The translations under genes and the position numbers were made by a program. A stretch of DNA of 62,284 bases, filler included, from Chiloscyllium plagiosum (lineage: Eukaryota), in the NCBI RefSeq assembly GCF_004010195.1. It is 3 parts of one record of this genome, joined end to end, with 100 filler letters (N's around TTAATTAATTAA, not from the genome) between each part and the next. Parts side by side here need not be neighbours in the genome. Positions count along the whole stretch, not along the records: positions 1 to 24,788 come from NC_057715.1; 2 more parts are not named here. One strand, written 5' to 3'. Positions within the stretch are counted from its first letter, which is position 1, and every line of letters begins with the position of its first letter. Positions 1-12,919 of this stretch are shown here, one piece after another. Under the pieces are notes generated by a model, which was given only the letters and a program-made list of their open reading frames with translations, made no database searches and was not told where the DNA came from.

Positions 1-677
1 CTGTTTCTGGCCTCACCAGCCCGAGGAACTGGAAGCAAACCGGAGATAACCACCCTGGACGTCCTGCTTTTCAGCCTTCTTCCTAGTTCTCCGAAGTCCC
101 GCTATAGTATGTTCCTCCTCTTCTTCCCAACATCATTTGTGCCGACATGTACCACCACCTCTGCCTCTTCACCTTCGTCCTGGAGGATTTCCTGCACTCT
201 GTCTGTGATGTCTTTAACCCTGGCACCAGGAAGGCAACACACCATCCTTAAGTCCCGCCTGCTGCCACAAAAACCCTGGTCAGTTCCTCTCACTATGGAG
301 TCCCCTATTACCACGGCTCTGTGTGATGTCCGACTCTTCCGCTCTGCTTCTGCGCCAACTTTTGATTGACAAACCTGGCCGCCTCGCAGACTGGCAGTAT
401 CATCTGTCTCTACTGTTTCCAAAAGATTCAACTTGTTCCTGACAGGTACTTCCCCTGGGGTCTCTTGCACCTGTCTCCTCTCTGCCTTCCTCATCGTCTG
501 CTCTCTTCTGCTCTCTTCTGGTATGGTCGGTGTAATAACCTCGCTGAAGGTCTTGGCCAGAAAGATCTCGTTCTCTCGGATGAGCCTAAGGTCCTCGAGT
601 TCTTTCATCAGTGCTGCAATATGCTCGGTCAGTAGCTGAACGTGCACACACTTTCCACACTTATATGAGCCAGACAC
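1..677 (-). mobile_element. CR1 LINE ORF1 fragment (Cys pair + SGNH/GDSL esterase domain), runs off window start
   Basis: ORF 102..677 contains CGKC and VVIGDSIVRG...CCLPGARVKDI...VVVHVGTND, the esterase-type ORF1 of vertebrate CR1; related copy at 31650-31900. Confidence 0.88.
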
Positions 678-1193
678 ACCAGAAGAATGGAATCTCTCAC
701 ATCATTATCCCCTGAATGAATGCCACTACATTCTACTTATATAAGGTGCTATCTATTGAGATTGCTGAACATTTCCCCCGATCTGTTAGGTGAATTTGGC
801 TGCACAGATGAATTGCTCTGTGATAATGAGGAACAATGTGGGTGAAATATCATTTATGATATGCTAATACTGCAGTGCTCGGCTTCCACACTAATTCAGG
901 GTCATATCTCCAATTAATCTTGACTATTCTTTCTAAATACTAGATATTACTTTTTAGTTTACACATATTACTCTATTTCCTGACTAAAGTCCCACTTCAA
1001 AATTCTCATAAAGGATGACTTTTACTTCTGTCTGTCTGGATGCCTGAGGAATGAGAGGAAAATTGACAGAAGACTGGGCCTTCCTATAAAGTTTAAAGGC
1101 ACCAGTGGAGGAAGATTTTTGACTTATGCTCTGCATCATAAAATTATACATCTGTTCACAAAGAACCAACAACAGATCCACTCACAACAGATG

Positions 1194-1325
1194 TTTTGAG
1201 GAAGCGGTCACTAGACCCGAAACGTTAACTCTGATATCTCTCTACAAAATGCTGCCAGATCTGCTGAGCTTTTCCAGCAAATTCTGTTTTTGCTTCTGAT
1301 TCCTAGCATCCACAGTTCTTTCATT
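1194..1325 (+). mobile_element. Short Penelope-type terminal-repeat element with degenerate hammerhead-like head (family D)
   Basis: TTGAGGA-AGCGGTC-ACTA-GACCC-GAAACGTT followed by atgctgccagatctgctgagcttttccagc; related to 19470-19665. Confidence 0.6.
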
Positions 1326-1544
1326 ACTTATCTACTTCTAAAGGTTTGATGAACGCATTATTACCCACAGTATGTTGAAGAAAACTTCCTGGGTCTATTA
1401 ATTAAGGAGTGGAATGATGACACTCATTGGCATTGGTGCCACTGACCACATCCCATTCTTTAAAAAAAACCTGAAGAAGATGCAGCAGGAAAAGGACAAA
1501 AATTTCAAGCATTTTTAAAAACACTATTATGCTACTCTCAATAC

Positions 1545-1641
1545 ATTCCAGATGATGAAGGGCATATGCTCAAAACGTTGACTCTCCTGCTCCTCGGATG
1601 CTGCCTGATTGGCTTTGCTTTTTCAGCACCACACTCTTCGA
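1545..1641 (+). mobile_element. Short Neptune-PLE terminal element (family A)
   Basis: gatgaagggcatatgctcaaaacgttgactctcctgctcctcggatgctgcctga; flanked by ctactctcaatac (1532-1544) / ctacactcaatac (1642-1654). Confidence 0.75.
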
Positions 1642-3530
1642 CTACACTCAATACTGCCAATCTTAAATGTGTCATGCATTAGAATTGATTGATTCAATTG
1701 AAAATACTTTAATCTGGCCAATCTAGAGTCAGATAGTTATTATTACGAGTTAATACAGATGACAGAAAAATTACTTTTTGGTGGAATAGAGCACATTTAG
1801 TATGATAACTTAAAATAAAGTTTCAGATAAAACGATGAATATTCATGTAGTCGTAGCATGCATTCCTTATGTCAGTTAAAGTTTCTCTCTATATTTTATC
1901 TATTATTTAAATTAGCTGAGGATGTTTTTATTACCTTGGACTGTTTATCTATGTTTGGAACTGAATATCCTAATTATAATAATCATATCTAAACTAGTAA
2001 AAAGGCTTGACTGGTCAAGCAATATCATAATTCTATTCATTGCTAATCTGGTAGCAATATTTGTTTAAATTGAAATATATATTAATACACAGGGCCTTCT
2101 TTGCAAAGGGAAAGAACACATACAAACACTGCTCTTATTTTAATGCAAAAAATGAGGTAACAGGTATTCTTTGAATCATTTCTCAGAGCAATGGCTTGAC
2201 CAAACAAAGTCTTGGTTAAAATTTAAATAACTTCTGACAGTTAATTATCAGTGATCGTTAATCAGTGCATTCTCCAAGGTAATGCCTCTATCAATCAGAG
2301 CACACTTGCTAGTCAATCATCGGTTTCCTCTAGTACAGTATAAATGGTTTCATTTACTTTGGTATTTCTTGCAAATTATTTTGATGAGTCAAAGATCAAA
2401 AGATGTAACAAAATGTGCCTTTTGCAGCAATACTGGCATTGACACTTGTTGGGCTTTTGAATATACTTTGTTGAAGTAGACCATTAGCCATTAAGAAGAA
2501 TTAATGAACCCATTCATAGTACTCCAGTTCGGGCAGATTTAGAGCTGGAAGCAAATCTCAGATAATCTAACACTTTACGTCCAAAACTGATTTTCTTTTA
2601 TAAGTGTTTGTACATAGACCATTTACAAGACAATTTATTGGTATGAAGTATAGTTATTCATCAATCAATTTCAGGTTGTGAACAATCTGTAATATATATT
2701 CTGTTTCTGCTTACTCGAAGAAGATGTTTGTGGGGTGCAGCCTGTATTCTTTGTAATAGTTTTATACAAATTTGTGGACCACCTCAGAGTCAGCCTTATT
2801 TGTCCCACAGGCCAGATCTATCTGACAATCTCTTCATCACTTATGCTGACCCTAGCATTCATTTCAGAGCATCATGGTGGAGATTGAGCTAATGACCTAC
2901 TAAATTAATTGCCAAGCACCATAATTCATTATTCACCATACTAAAGTAGTGACACTGGATAGCAATTATAAATCACCATGTTTTAGAGGGCAGAAATGTT
3001 TAAATATCTCACAATGGTAATGTATATTTTAGCACTTTTAATGCAATGAACTACTTCAAGGTGCCCCACAGGATTGTTATAAATCAAATTATGATACTAA
3101 GGCATGTAAGGAGATACAAAGTCAGCTTAATCAAAGAGATACATTTAAAGGATGGTCATAAAGGTGGAAAACAAGGTAGTGGAGAACCAGAGAGGTGTAG
3201 GAAGGTTAGCCTGATCAGCTGGATGCAAAGCCACTCCCAGTTGAGTAATTAAAATTGGAATTACATAAGATGCTAGAATTAATGGTGTGCAAACATTTCA
3301 GAAAGATTACAGAGATGGGGCTTGGGCATGGTCATGGAGGAGTTTAGACCAGGACCCATTGCAAGTCTGTGAACTCAGGGGCAGTAGTGAAATAGGGGGA
3401 ATTAATCTCTATTGAGATAACAGAATGATCCTAGAATAATACAAATTTTCTTATTATTTTGTAGATCTCTTCATGTTCAAGTATTCATTTGACATGTGAT
3501 TTTAATGTAAAATATGAATTTGGAATTTTT

Positions 3531-4074
3531 TGGAATATTGCATGCAATTCTGGTCTCCTTCCTATCGAAAAGATGTTGTGAAACTTGAGAGGGTTCAGAA
3601 AAAATTTACAAGGATGTTGCCAAGGTTGGAGGACTTGAGCTATAGGAGAGGAAGACTGGCCTGGGGCTGTTTTCCCTGGAGCGTTAGAGGCTGAGAGGTG
3701 ACCTTATAGAGGTTTATAAAATCATGAGGGACATGGATAGGGTAAACAGGCAAAGTCTTTTCCCTGGGGTGGGGGAGTCCAGAACTAGAGGGCATCAGTT
3801 TAGGGTGAGAGGGGAAAAATATAAAAGAGACCTAAGGGGCAACGTTTTCACACAGGATGGTATATGTGTGGAATGAACTGCCAGACGATGTGGTGGAGGC
3901 TGGTATAATTACAACATTTAAAAGGCATCTGGATGGGTATATGAATAGGAAGGGTTTGGAGGGATATGGACCGGATGCTGGCAAGTGGGACTAGATTGGG
4001 TTGGGATATCTGGTTGGCTATGACGATTTGGACCAAGGGGTCTGTTTCAGTGCTGTACATCTCTATGACTCTAT
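3531..4074 (+). mobile_element. CR1 LINE 3' end
   Basis: EYCMQFW...ERVQKKFTRMLP coding remnant, 3' UTR and ctctatga tail; closely similar to 34985-35528. Confidence 0.92.
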
Positions 4075-5120
4075 CAATGCAAAGAAATGTGAGGTAATGC
4101 ATTTGGTAGATGAAACACGGGGAAACGATACAGGTTCAATGATACAACTGTGAAGGGAGTACAGAAGCAGAGGGACTTCAAAAGTTCAAGTGCACAATTG
4201 TCTGAAGGTGGCCAAGAAAATTGAAACATGCTAAGAAGACTTTTAGGATCCTTTATAACTAGAGGCATTAGAGTATAAAAACAAGGAAGTGATGCTACAC
4301 CTCTACAAATCATTGGTGAGACCACATGTAGAATACAGTTGCATGTCAATTATCCAAACGAGATGGGCGGGGAATTTTTTTTTCAGATAATTGATTGAAC
4401 AAGTAACCGATCTGATCGTAAACAAGCGGTAATTTATGAGTGCCAGTTAGCCGAACATTTCTTGGTTATCCGCCAGTGCACGCCACAATGCCGATAACTG
4501 ATAAGTGAATGCTGAGTTGCCTAATGCCGTTTTTACAGGACCTTGAGATCTTGTTCAGATAATCCAAAATTCGGATAATTGATGTTAGGACAACCGAGGT
4601 TGTACTGTATTGTGTTCAGTTCTTTATTTATTTAATTGAAGGAAGGATGTTTAAAATCCTGGAGAGAGTGCAAAGGAGATTTACTAGAATTATATCTGAA
4701 CTGAGTGATGTTTAGACATAAGAAAAGGTTAAAGGAATTAGGCTTATTCTTTGTCGAGCAGAGAAGATTGCAAGGTGACCTTAGATTGGTTTTGACAGGA
4801 TAAAGACAAATAATTTGTTTGCAGTAGTTGGTATGACAGTAACTGGAGTTCATAATTTCAATATTATCAACAAGATAGCTCGGAGTGAGATGAGGGGAAA
4901 CTTCTTTACTCAGTGTTGTTAGGGTTTGAAATGTCATGCCTGGGAAAGTGGTGGAGATGCATTCCATGAGAGGTTTCGGAAGAGAGATGGATATGCGTTT
5001 GAAAGTGATGAGTTTAGATGACTACAGAGATAGGGCTGGAGAATGGGACTAGCTAGATAGCTCTTTCAGGAGCTAGTACTGACATGATCAGTCAAATAGC
5101 CTCCTTCTGTTCTATGAAAT
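4075..5120 (+). mobile_element. Older decayed CR1 3' portion, interrupted by a MITE
   Basis: KCEVMH.G, RGI.YK, LVRPH.EYCVQF remnants and a CR1-like 3' UTR. Confidence 0.7.
4336..4607. mobile_element. Tigger/pogo-like (Tc1-mariner) MITE
   Basis: CAGT...ACTG ends with imperfect TIRs (caattatccaaac / ttcggataattga, cgaggttgtactg) and TA duplication (4334-35, 4608-09); removing it restores CR1 gaatattgtgttcagttc. Confidence 0.75.
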
Positions 5121-7631
5121 TTTATAATTATAAAATATAAGCCATGCTAGTATATTAGGAAATCAGATATTCTGCCTCTTTGAAAGGCTACATTAATAAA
5201 CCTGTTTCCCTGCTTGACGATGTTAGCTCATTGAAGCAGCGTGAACCACACTGTAGACAGCAGTACTGTCCACTGAGGCAAAGTACATGTTCGCAGATTG
5301 ACGCTCTGCTCAATACCATCCATACATGTGTGGTATCACATGACATGTTGGCTACAGAATAAGAATTAAGCACTTGAGGAAATGTTTCTGAACCTATAAA
5401 TCACCAGATCAGATTATTATTATTATTATTATTGTCTTGTACTTGGTATGAAATCCCAGTAGCAGGAGCTGCAAGATAGCCACATGTTTGTTCCCTCAAG
5501 TTTTATTGTCACTGCATGCTGGTCACAAATTCAAGATCAAAGAATATTATAACATCGATAAAGGAGTCATAAACTCAGCTCTTTGAAAGAGTTATTTGCT
5601 AAGTCTCTCTTTTCTACTCATAGTGCTGCAAGTTATTATTTTCTTTTCAAATATTTAGCAATATTTGTTTGGAAATTTACCATTGAATTTGCTTCCACCA
5701 CCCTGTTAGACTATGTCTCCCATCCAATTTGCCATTTGTCTTAAACCTGCGTGACTTGCCTACTGACCCTCATAATCACTAGAAGCTTTTTTCTGCCTAT
5801 CTACTCCATCAAAGCTCTTTGTAATTTTAAAATATTTCATTTTTTTGCCCATAAAAGTTTATATCTCAGAATATTGTAACAATTCTGAACATGCCCTTCA
5901 ACTTTGTTGATCTTGACATTTTGCGAACCTTTTTTGAGGAGTTAATGGGGTGCATGTTAGCATGCTGGTGCAGTGATTGATTTAAGTTTTCAGCTGAATG
6001 AACTGTAATCTCAATCTCAGGAGACATACCACGAAGACTTGCCAACGATTACATTTTTCATAACCCTTTCAATAAAATCTTTTGGGACCACCACTATGAA
6101 AGCAGTTTCTGTGGAGAGAACTGTAAATTTTCACCTTCTAATGCTAACAGTATTGGAATTACAACAGTCATGCAATGCTGGGAAAGTAACAAAGAAGACA
6201 CTGTTCACAAGTAGAGCACAGTCGAGCCACAGAGGTGAATGTAGTAGATATTCTCCACAAGACATTTTTTCTCTGAAAGCTAATTAGTAGCTTTCTAAAA
6301 ACTATTATGTAAATCTTACACCCTAGCTGCCAATCAAACAAATGCCTTTTCTTCCATTAAATACAATTAATACACGAGGGTAGAAATTACTCATGGGAAT
6401 GTTAATATATGGTGATTTAATCGTCTGTTACCTCTGCCTAAGTAGCAGCATAAGGAATTTAATACCAATGCTTTAAAAATTGACATAACACCATCATCAT
6501 AAATTTCCTCATGGTGTTAAGTGAATTTTCTTAGACAGTCTCTGATTCATTCATCAGAACTGGTAAATAAGTAGTCAGAAATTATGAGACAAATACCCCA
6601 AAACTGTGAAGGATGAATGGGAGAAACTCCCACGCAAGTTTGCTTCATCAGAATTTTACAAGTACACTAATCAAAGTGAAACACAAGCTTCACATGAAAG
6701 CTATTAATTATAAGAATTACTGAAATTCCACTCAGTTATTATTTTGATTTGATTTTTTACTCCACTTTGGAACAGATGAAGTCTTTTTTCCGAAACTGGG
6801 TGGGTTTCGGTCAGGTTGGGGGTTGAAGTGTTAGAAATCTGAAATACAGGTCCATAATATCCAAACCAGATTTCATTGGAGATGGGTTAGGGGCTAAGAA
6901 CAGCCAACCTGCTTGAGACAAACAAGCTGCTATTTTCAACATTAGAATGAGACTGGGAGACTCACACTTATCCATCATTTCAATGTTAGCTTTTCCCAAT
7001 CAGTTTTCGGAAAACCAGAGGCTCCAGAAAGCCCAGGAATGCTGGTTCCAAGAGTTTTTTAAAAATAACTGAACCTATTTGCTGCATTCAGCATTCCTCC
7101 CTTGATAGTTTCCCACAAGTGACACTCAGCTGGCTGTTCCAAGCAGCCTACCCTCTCACCCTTAAGGCACCTACTCTCTTCCACGTAGTTCAGAGATTCC
7201 TCAGGCCTTCAATCCACAATCCTTTCCCCACATCTCCCAGCTTCCAGTTCTCCACTCAACCACAGTCTGTGATCCTTCAGAATCTCAGCACCACACTATT
7301 ATCTCTAATCCTTGACTACCTGCCTGGTCTCTGATTTATAACCATGATCCCTTGCCTCCAATCCTACAGGCCTCTGATCCCCATCCACCCTCCGCCAAGG
7401 TAAGATTGCTACTGGAATCAGATTAGGGCTCTGATCTACGTGAAGCAACATTTCACTACCTACTAGAGGCCAAGCCTGTTAATCAGACAGCTTCAATGCA
7501 GGCAACTTGTCAGTGATATCATTTGCAAATACATTTTCAGAATGCTGTAGGTCATGTTCTGCCCTGGCAGGTTGCAAAGGTAAAACTCCCTGATCATCTT
7601 CATGTCCCAGTTTGGATCACAATCTGTTCTG

Positions 7632-8520
7632 TCACATAGTTTATTTGGTATAGTTTGGCAGTCACTATATTTAGTTTTAATTCTATCATTTAGAAAGTGG
7701 AGTTGTGTTGTAACAAGATGAAACTTATGAGAAATGAAGTCAAAGGGTTAATTGCACAGTTTGCTGAATTCCCAACCTCAGTGTATCGCTGCTGAACGCC
7801 CAAAACCAACGGAAGGCCTTGTTTCATGATGGGGAATATTGCAGATGTTGGCACATATTACAGATGTTGGGGGGATTGCAGATGTTGGCACATATTGCAG
7901 ATGTTGGGGGTTATTGCAGAGGTTGGCACATATTGCAGATGTTGGGGGTTATTGCAGATGTTGGGGAATATTGCAGATGTTGGCACATATTGCAGATGTT
8001 GGGGAATATGCAGATGTTGGCACATATTGCAGATGTTGGGGTTATTGCAGATGTTGGGGAATATTGCAGATGTTGGCACATATTACAGATGTTGGGGGGA
8101 TTGCAGATGTTGGCACATATTGCAGATGTTGGGGAATATTGCAGATGTTGGCACATATTACAGATCACACAGTTTATTTGGTATAGTTTGGCAGTCACTA
8201 TATTTAGTTTTAATTCTATCATTTAAAAAGTGGAGTTGTGTTGTAACAAGATGAAACTTATGAGAAATGAAGTCAAAGGATTAATTGCACAGTTTGCTGA
8301 ATTCCCAACCTCAGTGTATCGCTTCTGAACGCCCAAAACCAACGGAAGGCCTTGTTTCATGATGGGGAATATTGCAGAGGTTGGCACATATTGCAGATGT
8401 TGGGGGTTATTGCAGATGTTGGCACATATTGCAGATGTTGGGAGCTTTTGCAGATGTAGAGGGATATTGTAGATGTTGGCACATATTGCAGATGTTGGGG
8501 GAGATTGCAGATGTTTGGGT
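7632..8520. repeat. 533-bp-offset tandem duplication containing a ~19-20 bp minisatellite (attgcagatgttggcacat / attgcagatgttgggg..)
   Basis: 7632-~7850 recurs at 8165-~8385 with about 4 mismatches; arrays at ~7829-8164 and ~8362-8520. Confidence 0.95.
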
Positions 8521-8965
8521 TAGGATTGGGTGGTGGTGGTTAGAATCAGGAAAGAATGAATTGACCTACTCTCAAATCACTTTCCCCATAAAGAAGACTT
8601 GGAGGCCAATCGGCTTTATCCCCTCCTATTGCAATTTGACAGGAGGCTTGGTGAGGAGACTAGGATTGAATCAAAGATTTCTAAACCTTTTGTTTGAGGG
8701 CCAATTTTGTTTTAATCAGTTGAGGTAGGTGACGATTTGACCAGGGGTCAGGAGAGAGTTGCTGAGACTGCAGATCTAAGGGAAGTAGGGACAAGAGTCT
8801 GTTGATGAGCCAAGATGAGTGAAAAGTCACATGGATGAGAGTGATATTCATTCTCATCTCTTTGACGATGTCTCTTCCCTCATCCCTCCCTATCTCTCTA
8901 CCCCACACACCTCTTTCTTTCTCAGCCCAACCCTCTCTTTCCCATCTATCTCTTCTATCTCTTGT

Positions 8966-9312
8966 GGGCGGCACGGTGGCACAGTGGTTAGCACTGCTGC
9001 CTCACAGCGCCAGAGACCCGGGTTCAATTCCCGCCTCAGGCGACTCTCTGTGTGGAGTTTGCACGTTCTCCCCGTGTCTGCGTGGGTTTCCTCCGGGTGC
9101 TCCGGTTTCCTCCCACAGTCCAAAAAAAAATTGTGCAGGTTAGATGAATTGGCCATGCTAAATTGCCTGTAGTGTTAGGTGAAGGGGTAAATGTAGGGGA
9201 TTGGGTCTGGGTGGGTTGCGCTTCGGCGGGTCGGTGTGGACTTGTTGGGCCGAAGGGCCTGTTTCCACACTGTAAGTAACCTAATCTAATCTAATCTGTA
9301 AGTAATCTAATC
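8966..9312 (+). mobile_element. HE1-type tRNA-derived V-SINE, young full-length copy
   Basis: tRNA head ggcacggtggcacagtggttagcactgctgcctcacagcgcc...gggttcaattccc, V domain gtgtggagtttgcacgttctccccgtgtctgcgtgggtttcctccgggtgctccggtttcctccca, (aatct)n tail. Confidence 0.92.
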
Positions 9313-9879
9313 TCTCTCAATCCCTGCATATGCTCTCTCCCCAGCCTGCATCTCTCACCCTTCCATACCTCCTTTTCCTCACTTCTCCTTCTCGCTCTGT
9401 CCCTGTCTCCTTGTCTCTCTCTCTCTCTCACTCTTCATCTCCCCACCCATATCCCCCCTCCCTCTGTCTCTCCACAATCTCCCTTTCTCTCTACTGATTG
9501 CACCCTTCTCTTCTCTCTACCCCTCCTCTTCTCTTGGTTTCCTCCCTCCCACCCTCTAACACTCACTGCTTTCTTCATGGTGACAGCCACGTTCTGGACA
9601 TTTCCGCTCCCCAGTTCCTGTTGGGGTTACAGACCGTGCTAGGCCATGAGACAATTCTCAGATGCTCACAGAAATTCACATTGACAATATGGTACTTCTC
9701 ATTTTCAAAGGGCTCACCAGGCAACTGATGGGCTGATACAAACCTTTGGCAGGTCAGACTGTACCCAACAGAACATATGTTGGACAATCCAGATTTCAAA
9801 AGTTGTAGAACAATGGATCAGGCTGATTAAAGATCCTACACATGAAGCTCAGAAAAAAAACATTTTTAAATGAGCATAG

Positions 9880-10290
9880 GCTAAACAGGTTATGACTTAA
9901 CTCACTGGAGTTCAGAAGAATGAGAGGTGATCTCATTGAAACATATGTGAATCTTAAAGGGTTCAACTGGGCAAATGCTAAGACGATGTTTTCCTTCATG
10001 GGAAAGTCTAGAACAAGAAAGCATATTCTCAGAATAAAGGAGCACCAATTTAAGACTGAAGTGAGGAGGCATTTCTTCTCTCAGAGGATTGAGTGTCTTT
10101 GGAACATGTGGGCAGAATTCTTGTATATACTTAAGGCTGAAATAGATCCTTGATCAGTCGGGGAATCATGGCTTATGGGAACGTTCAGAAAGTGAACGTG
10201 AAGAAGTTTGGCTCAGCCAGTCCTATGGAATGGCAGAGCAGGCTTGAGGGACCGGCTGGCCTGCACTTGTTCCTATTTCTTATGGTCTTA
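9880..10290 (+). mobile_element. Decayed CR1 3' end
   Basis: RMRGDLIETY...SRTRKH.LRIK...FKTEVRRHFFSQR remnant. Confidence 0.75.
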
Positions 10291-11277
10291 TTCTGTTATG
10301 GTTTTAAGCTGCATTGGCGAAGTTTTGCACCCAATGACTTTCCTGACAATACTCAACAGACTTTGTAATTTTTTAAGTGCAGTCAACTTATGAGACATGG
10401 GCTAACAAACCAACAAATTTGGTGCCTGTTTGTGTACATTGATTTTGTTTTATAACGATGCAATTCTGAAATCAGATGCAATGGGCAGAATCTTCCATTA
10501 TTTGTTGCAAGTATGGTGATCCATGTGAAAATGAGTGAGATGTCTTTCACCAGAACCCACCGGGCCATGTGTCTGTCAGGCATGTACATGGTCACCCAAT
10601 GGTCTTTCTGTGAGATATACATCATGGGACACCGATGTGCTCTCCCTCCTGAGCCAATCACAGGCTTGCTGCCAGTGTGAGAGATGGAGCACTGAATAAG
10701 AAGTCATGGCTGCTCATGGTACAGTGACCCGGACGTTCAGGGGCAACAGGCAGAGCTAGATTCAGGGGATGGGGATGGGAGATTGGATGAGGCTCACATG
10801 GAGAGGGTGGGGAGTCAGAAGGATTAGCTTTTAACTGCCAGCTTCCTGCTCCTACATTTGCCTCTTATCATCCCAAAATTGGAATAGATCAAGGTACTAC
10901 CTCACCAAACCTAAAGGACAGGTCTCTTAATTGTACCAACCAAGAAGGCTGCCAGTGTTCTTGCATGTTGGGAATAAAGTTAATCAGAGTGGTGGCATGA
11001 AGAGATCTTTAATTGGTTATTGTCCACTTAAGAGTCTCAATTGATAGCAAGGCATTAAAACCTTTGCACTTTGAACATAATTCTTGTGATACACAGAGGT
11101 GCCATGGATTTCCCCAGCACTAATCACCTTATGATCTTCTTCTTCTGGCACTTTCTCCATTGTTTTTAGGAAGGGGAGGTTTCTGCACAGTGTCTTTCCT
11201 CGTGTTTACCCTTTTGAAAATGTTAACATGTGGTTGTTGTTATGATGTCTTGCTTTACCAAAAGCTCTAGTTTTTAA

Positions 11278-11556
<279 letters not shown>

Positions 11557-11880
11557 GCTGCTGAAGGAGCCCCATTTTTGAAAGTGGAACCCAATGGATA
11601 ATAATTATTGGCTATGAATTTTCATACATGATTATTGTTGGAAGGAATTTCCAAGAAGAGTTGCAATTTAAAGTGCCTTTGTTAAAAACTATCCATTAAT
11701 GCACCTCAGTGTCTGACCACATATTTTCTGCAGATGTAATGTTTATAGAGTTTGGTTTAAAAATTGAAATACTCCAAACCCATCTAAATTGTGTAAAGCT
11801 ACATGTGGTTAGACCAAAAGTGGAATTACTTAAAATGATCCTGTTTATTTAGAACATTGTACAGACATTAGAAATTGTGC

Positions 11881-11886
11881 AATAAA
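11881..11886 (+). terminator. Candidate CNMD polyadenylation signal AATAAA (alternative at 12177-12182)
   Basis: First AATAAA downstream of the stop codon, in an AT-rich repeat-free 3' UTR. Confidence 0.55.
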
Positions 11887-12377
11887 GCATGCAACAACAT
11901 GTATGTGTGCTTAGATCCTTATTTGTACAGATAATATGATCCATTGGTGGTGTATATGTAACTCTAAGATTAAAAAGGCCAATGAATACAATAGAACTAG
12001 CTGACTAGGACTGTTAAATGCTTTTTGTTATTAAGTTTCTAAAATTTTCAATTCCAATTATTAAAGAATGTCATGCATTGTCGTGTGTTGGTTTTCAGTT
12101 AAATTCAACTTTCTCCACTATGTGCAGCGTAAATATTCAAAAGAAAAAAAAATTCAACACTTGGTTGTTTTTGGAAAATAAATCAAAATGTAAAGTTTTT
12201 CACTTTGACTGTTGGTAACAAAAAGAAAGTGTTTATTGAAGTGTGCAGTGATGGTGAGCTTTGTTTTCTCTGGGGTGCTCAGCTCTTGATATCAGCTGCA
12301 TTGCTTTATATTAATATAAGAAAATGGTTGAGGCCAGAAAGGAAAATGAACCTTTGGAGACACAAAAGGTTCCCCTT

Positions 12378-12919
12378 TGAAATAACTTCACAGAGGCTGA
12401 TACGGATCACCAAGTCCCCCTTTATTTACACGTGGAGAGTCTTTAACACTGATCCAACTCCCTGAGAATCAGCTCTCGGAGTGAACAGAACCCAGGACAC
12501 TCCTGTTCTCTTTATCCTTTTCTCTTCCCACTCCTCCCCCCCGCACTACCACTGCGCAACAATAGTGCTTACATTTCCGCACAACACCCATGTTTGAGTG
12601 TGCATGGTGACTCAGTGTGCAAGAACTTTATTCAATATTTCCACCACCAGGAAAAACACCCATTTGGATAGTGAACCATTAATAAGCAAGACCCAATAAA
12701 ATTAAAATACACATTATTATGTTTGTGATTGGAAGTCTGCAGACTTGGTTAGTATGGTGATTGAACCCATGACCTTGGTATTATTAATGCCACACTCTAA
12801 CCATCTGAACCAATAGACCAACTTGCAGGCACTTTTGTTTTTATCTGTAATCCAGATTAACAGCTCCAATCAGGGAACTCTGTGAGGTCCACATGGCTGA
12901 CCTCACTACAATTACTACA
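12378..12919 (-). mobile_element. Gypsy solo LTR with internal SINE insertion
   Basis: TG...CA ends, 5-bp TSD ccctt (12373-77 / 12920-24); reverse complement matches the LTR at 41622-42221. Confidence 0.85.
12508..12819 (-). mobile_element. tRNA-Ile(AAT)-derived SINE with LINE-like 3' tail, inserted in the LTR
   Basis: 12746-12819 (-) aligns without gaps over 74 nt to vertebrate tRNA-Ile(AAT), many changes at CpG; tail is homologous to 41880-42045. Confidence 0.8.

Noticed and set aside
7819..8728. Overlapping 100-140 aa Cys/Trp-rich ORFs and a superficially CRISPR-like periodicity
   Set aside because: Translation of a stop-poor minisatellite; no unique spacers and a vertebrate context.
8966..9040. 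tRNA gene-like A/B boxes
   Set aside because: Head of an HE1-type SINE continuing into the V domain; multiple diverged copies in the window.
12746..12819. Functional tRNA-Ile gene
   Set aside because: Many stem-disrupting and CpG-decay changes, and fused to a LINE-like tail; treated as a SINE head.
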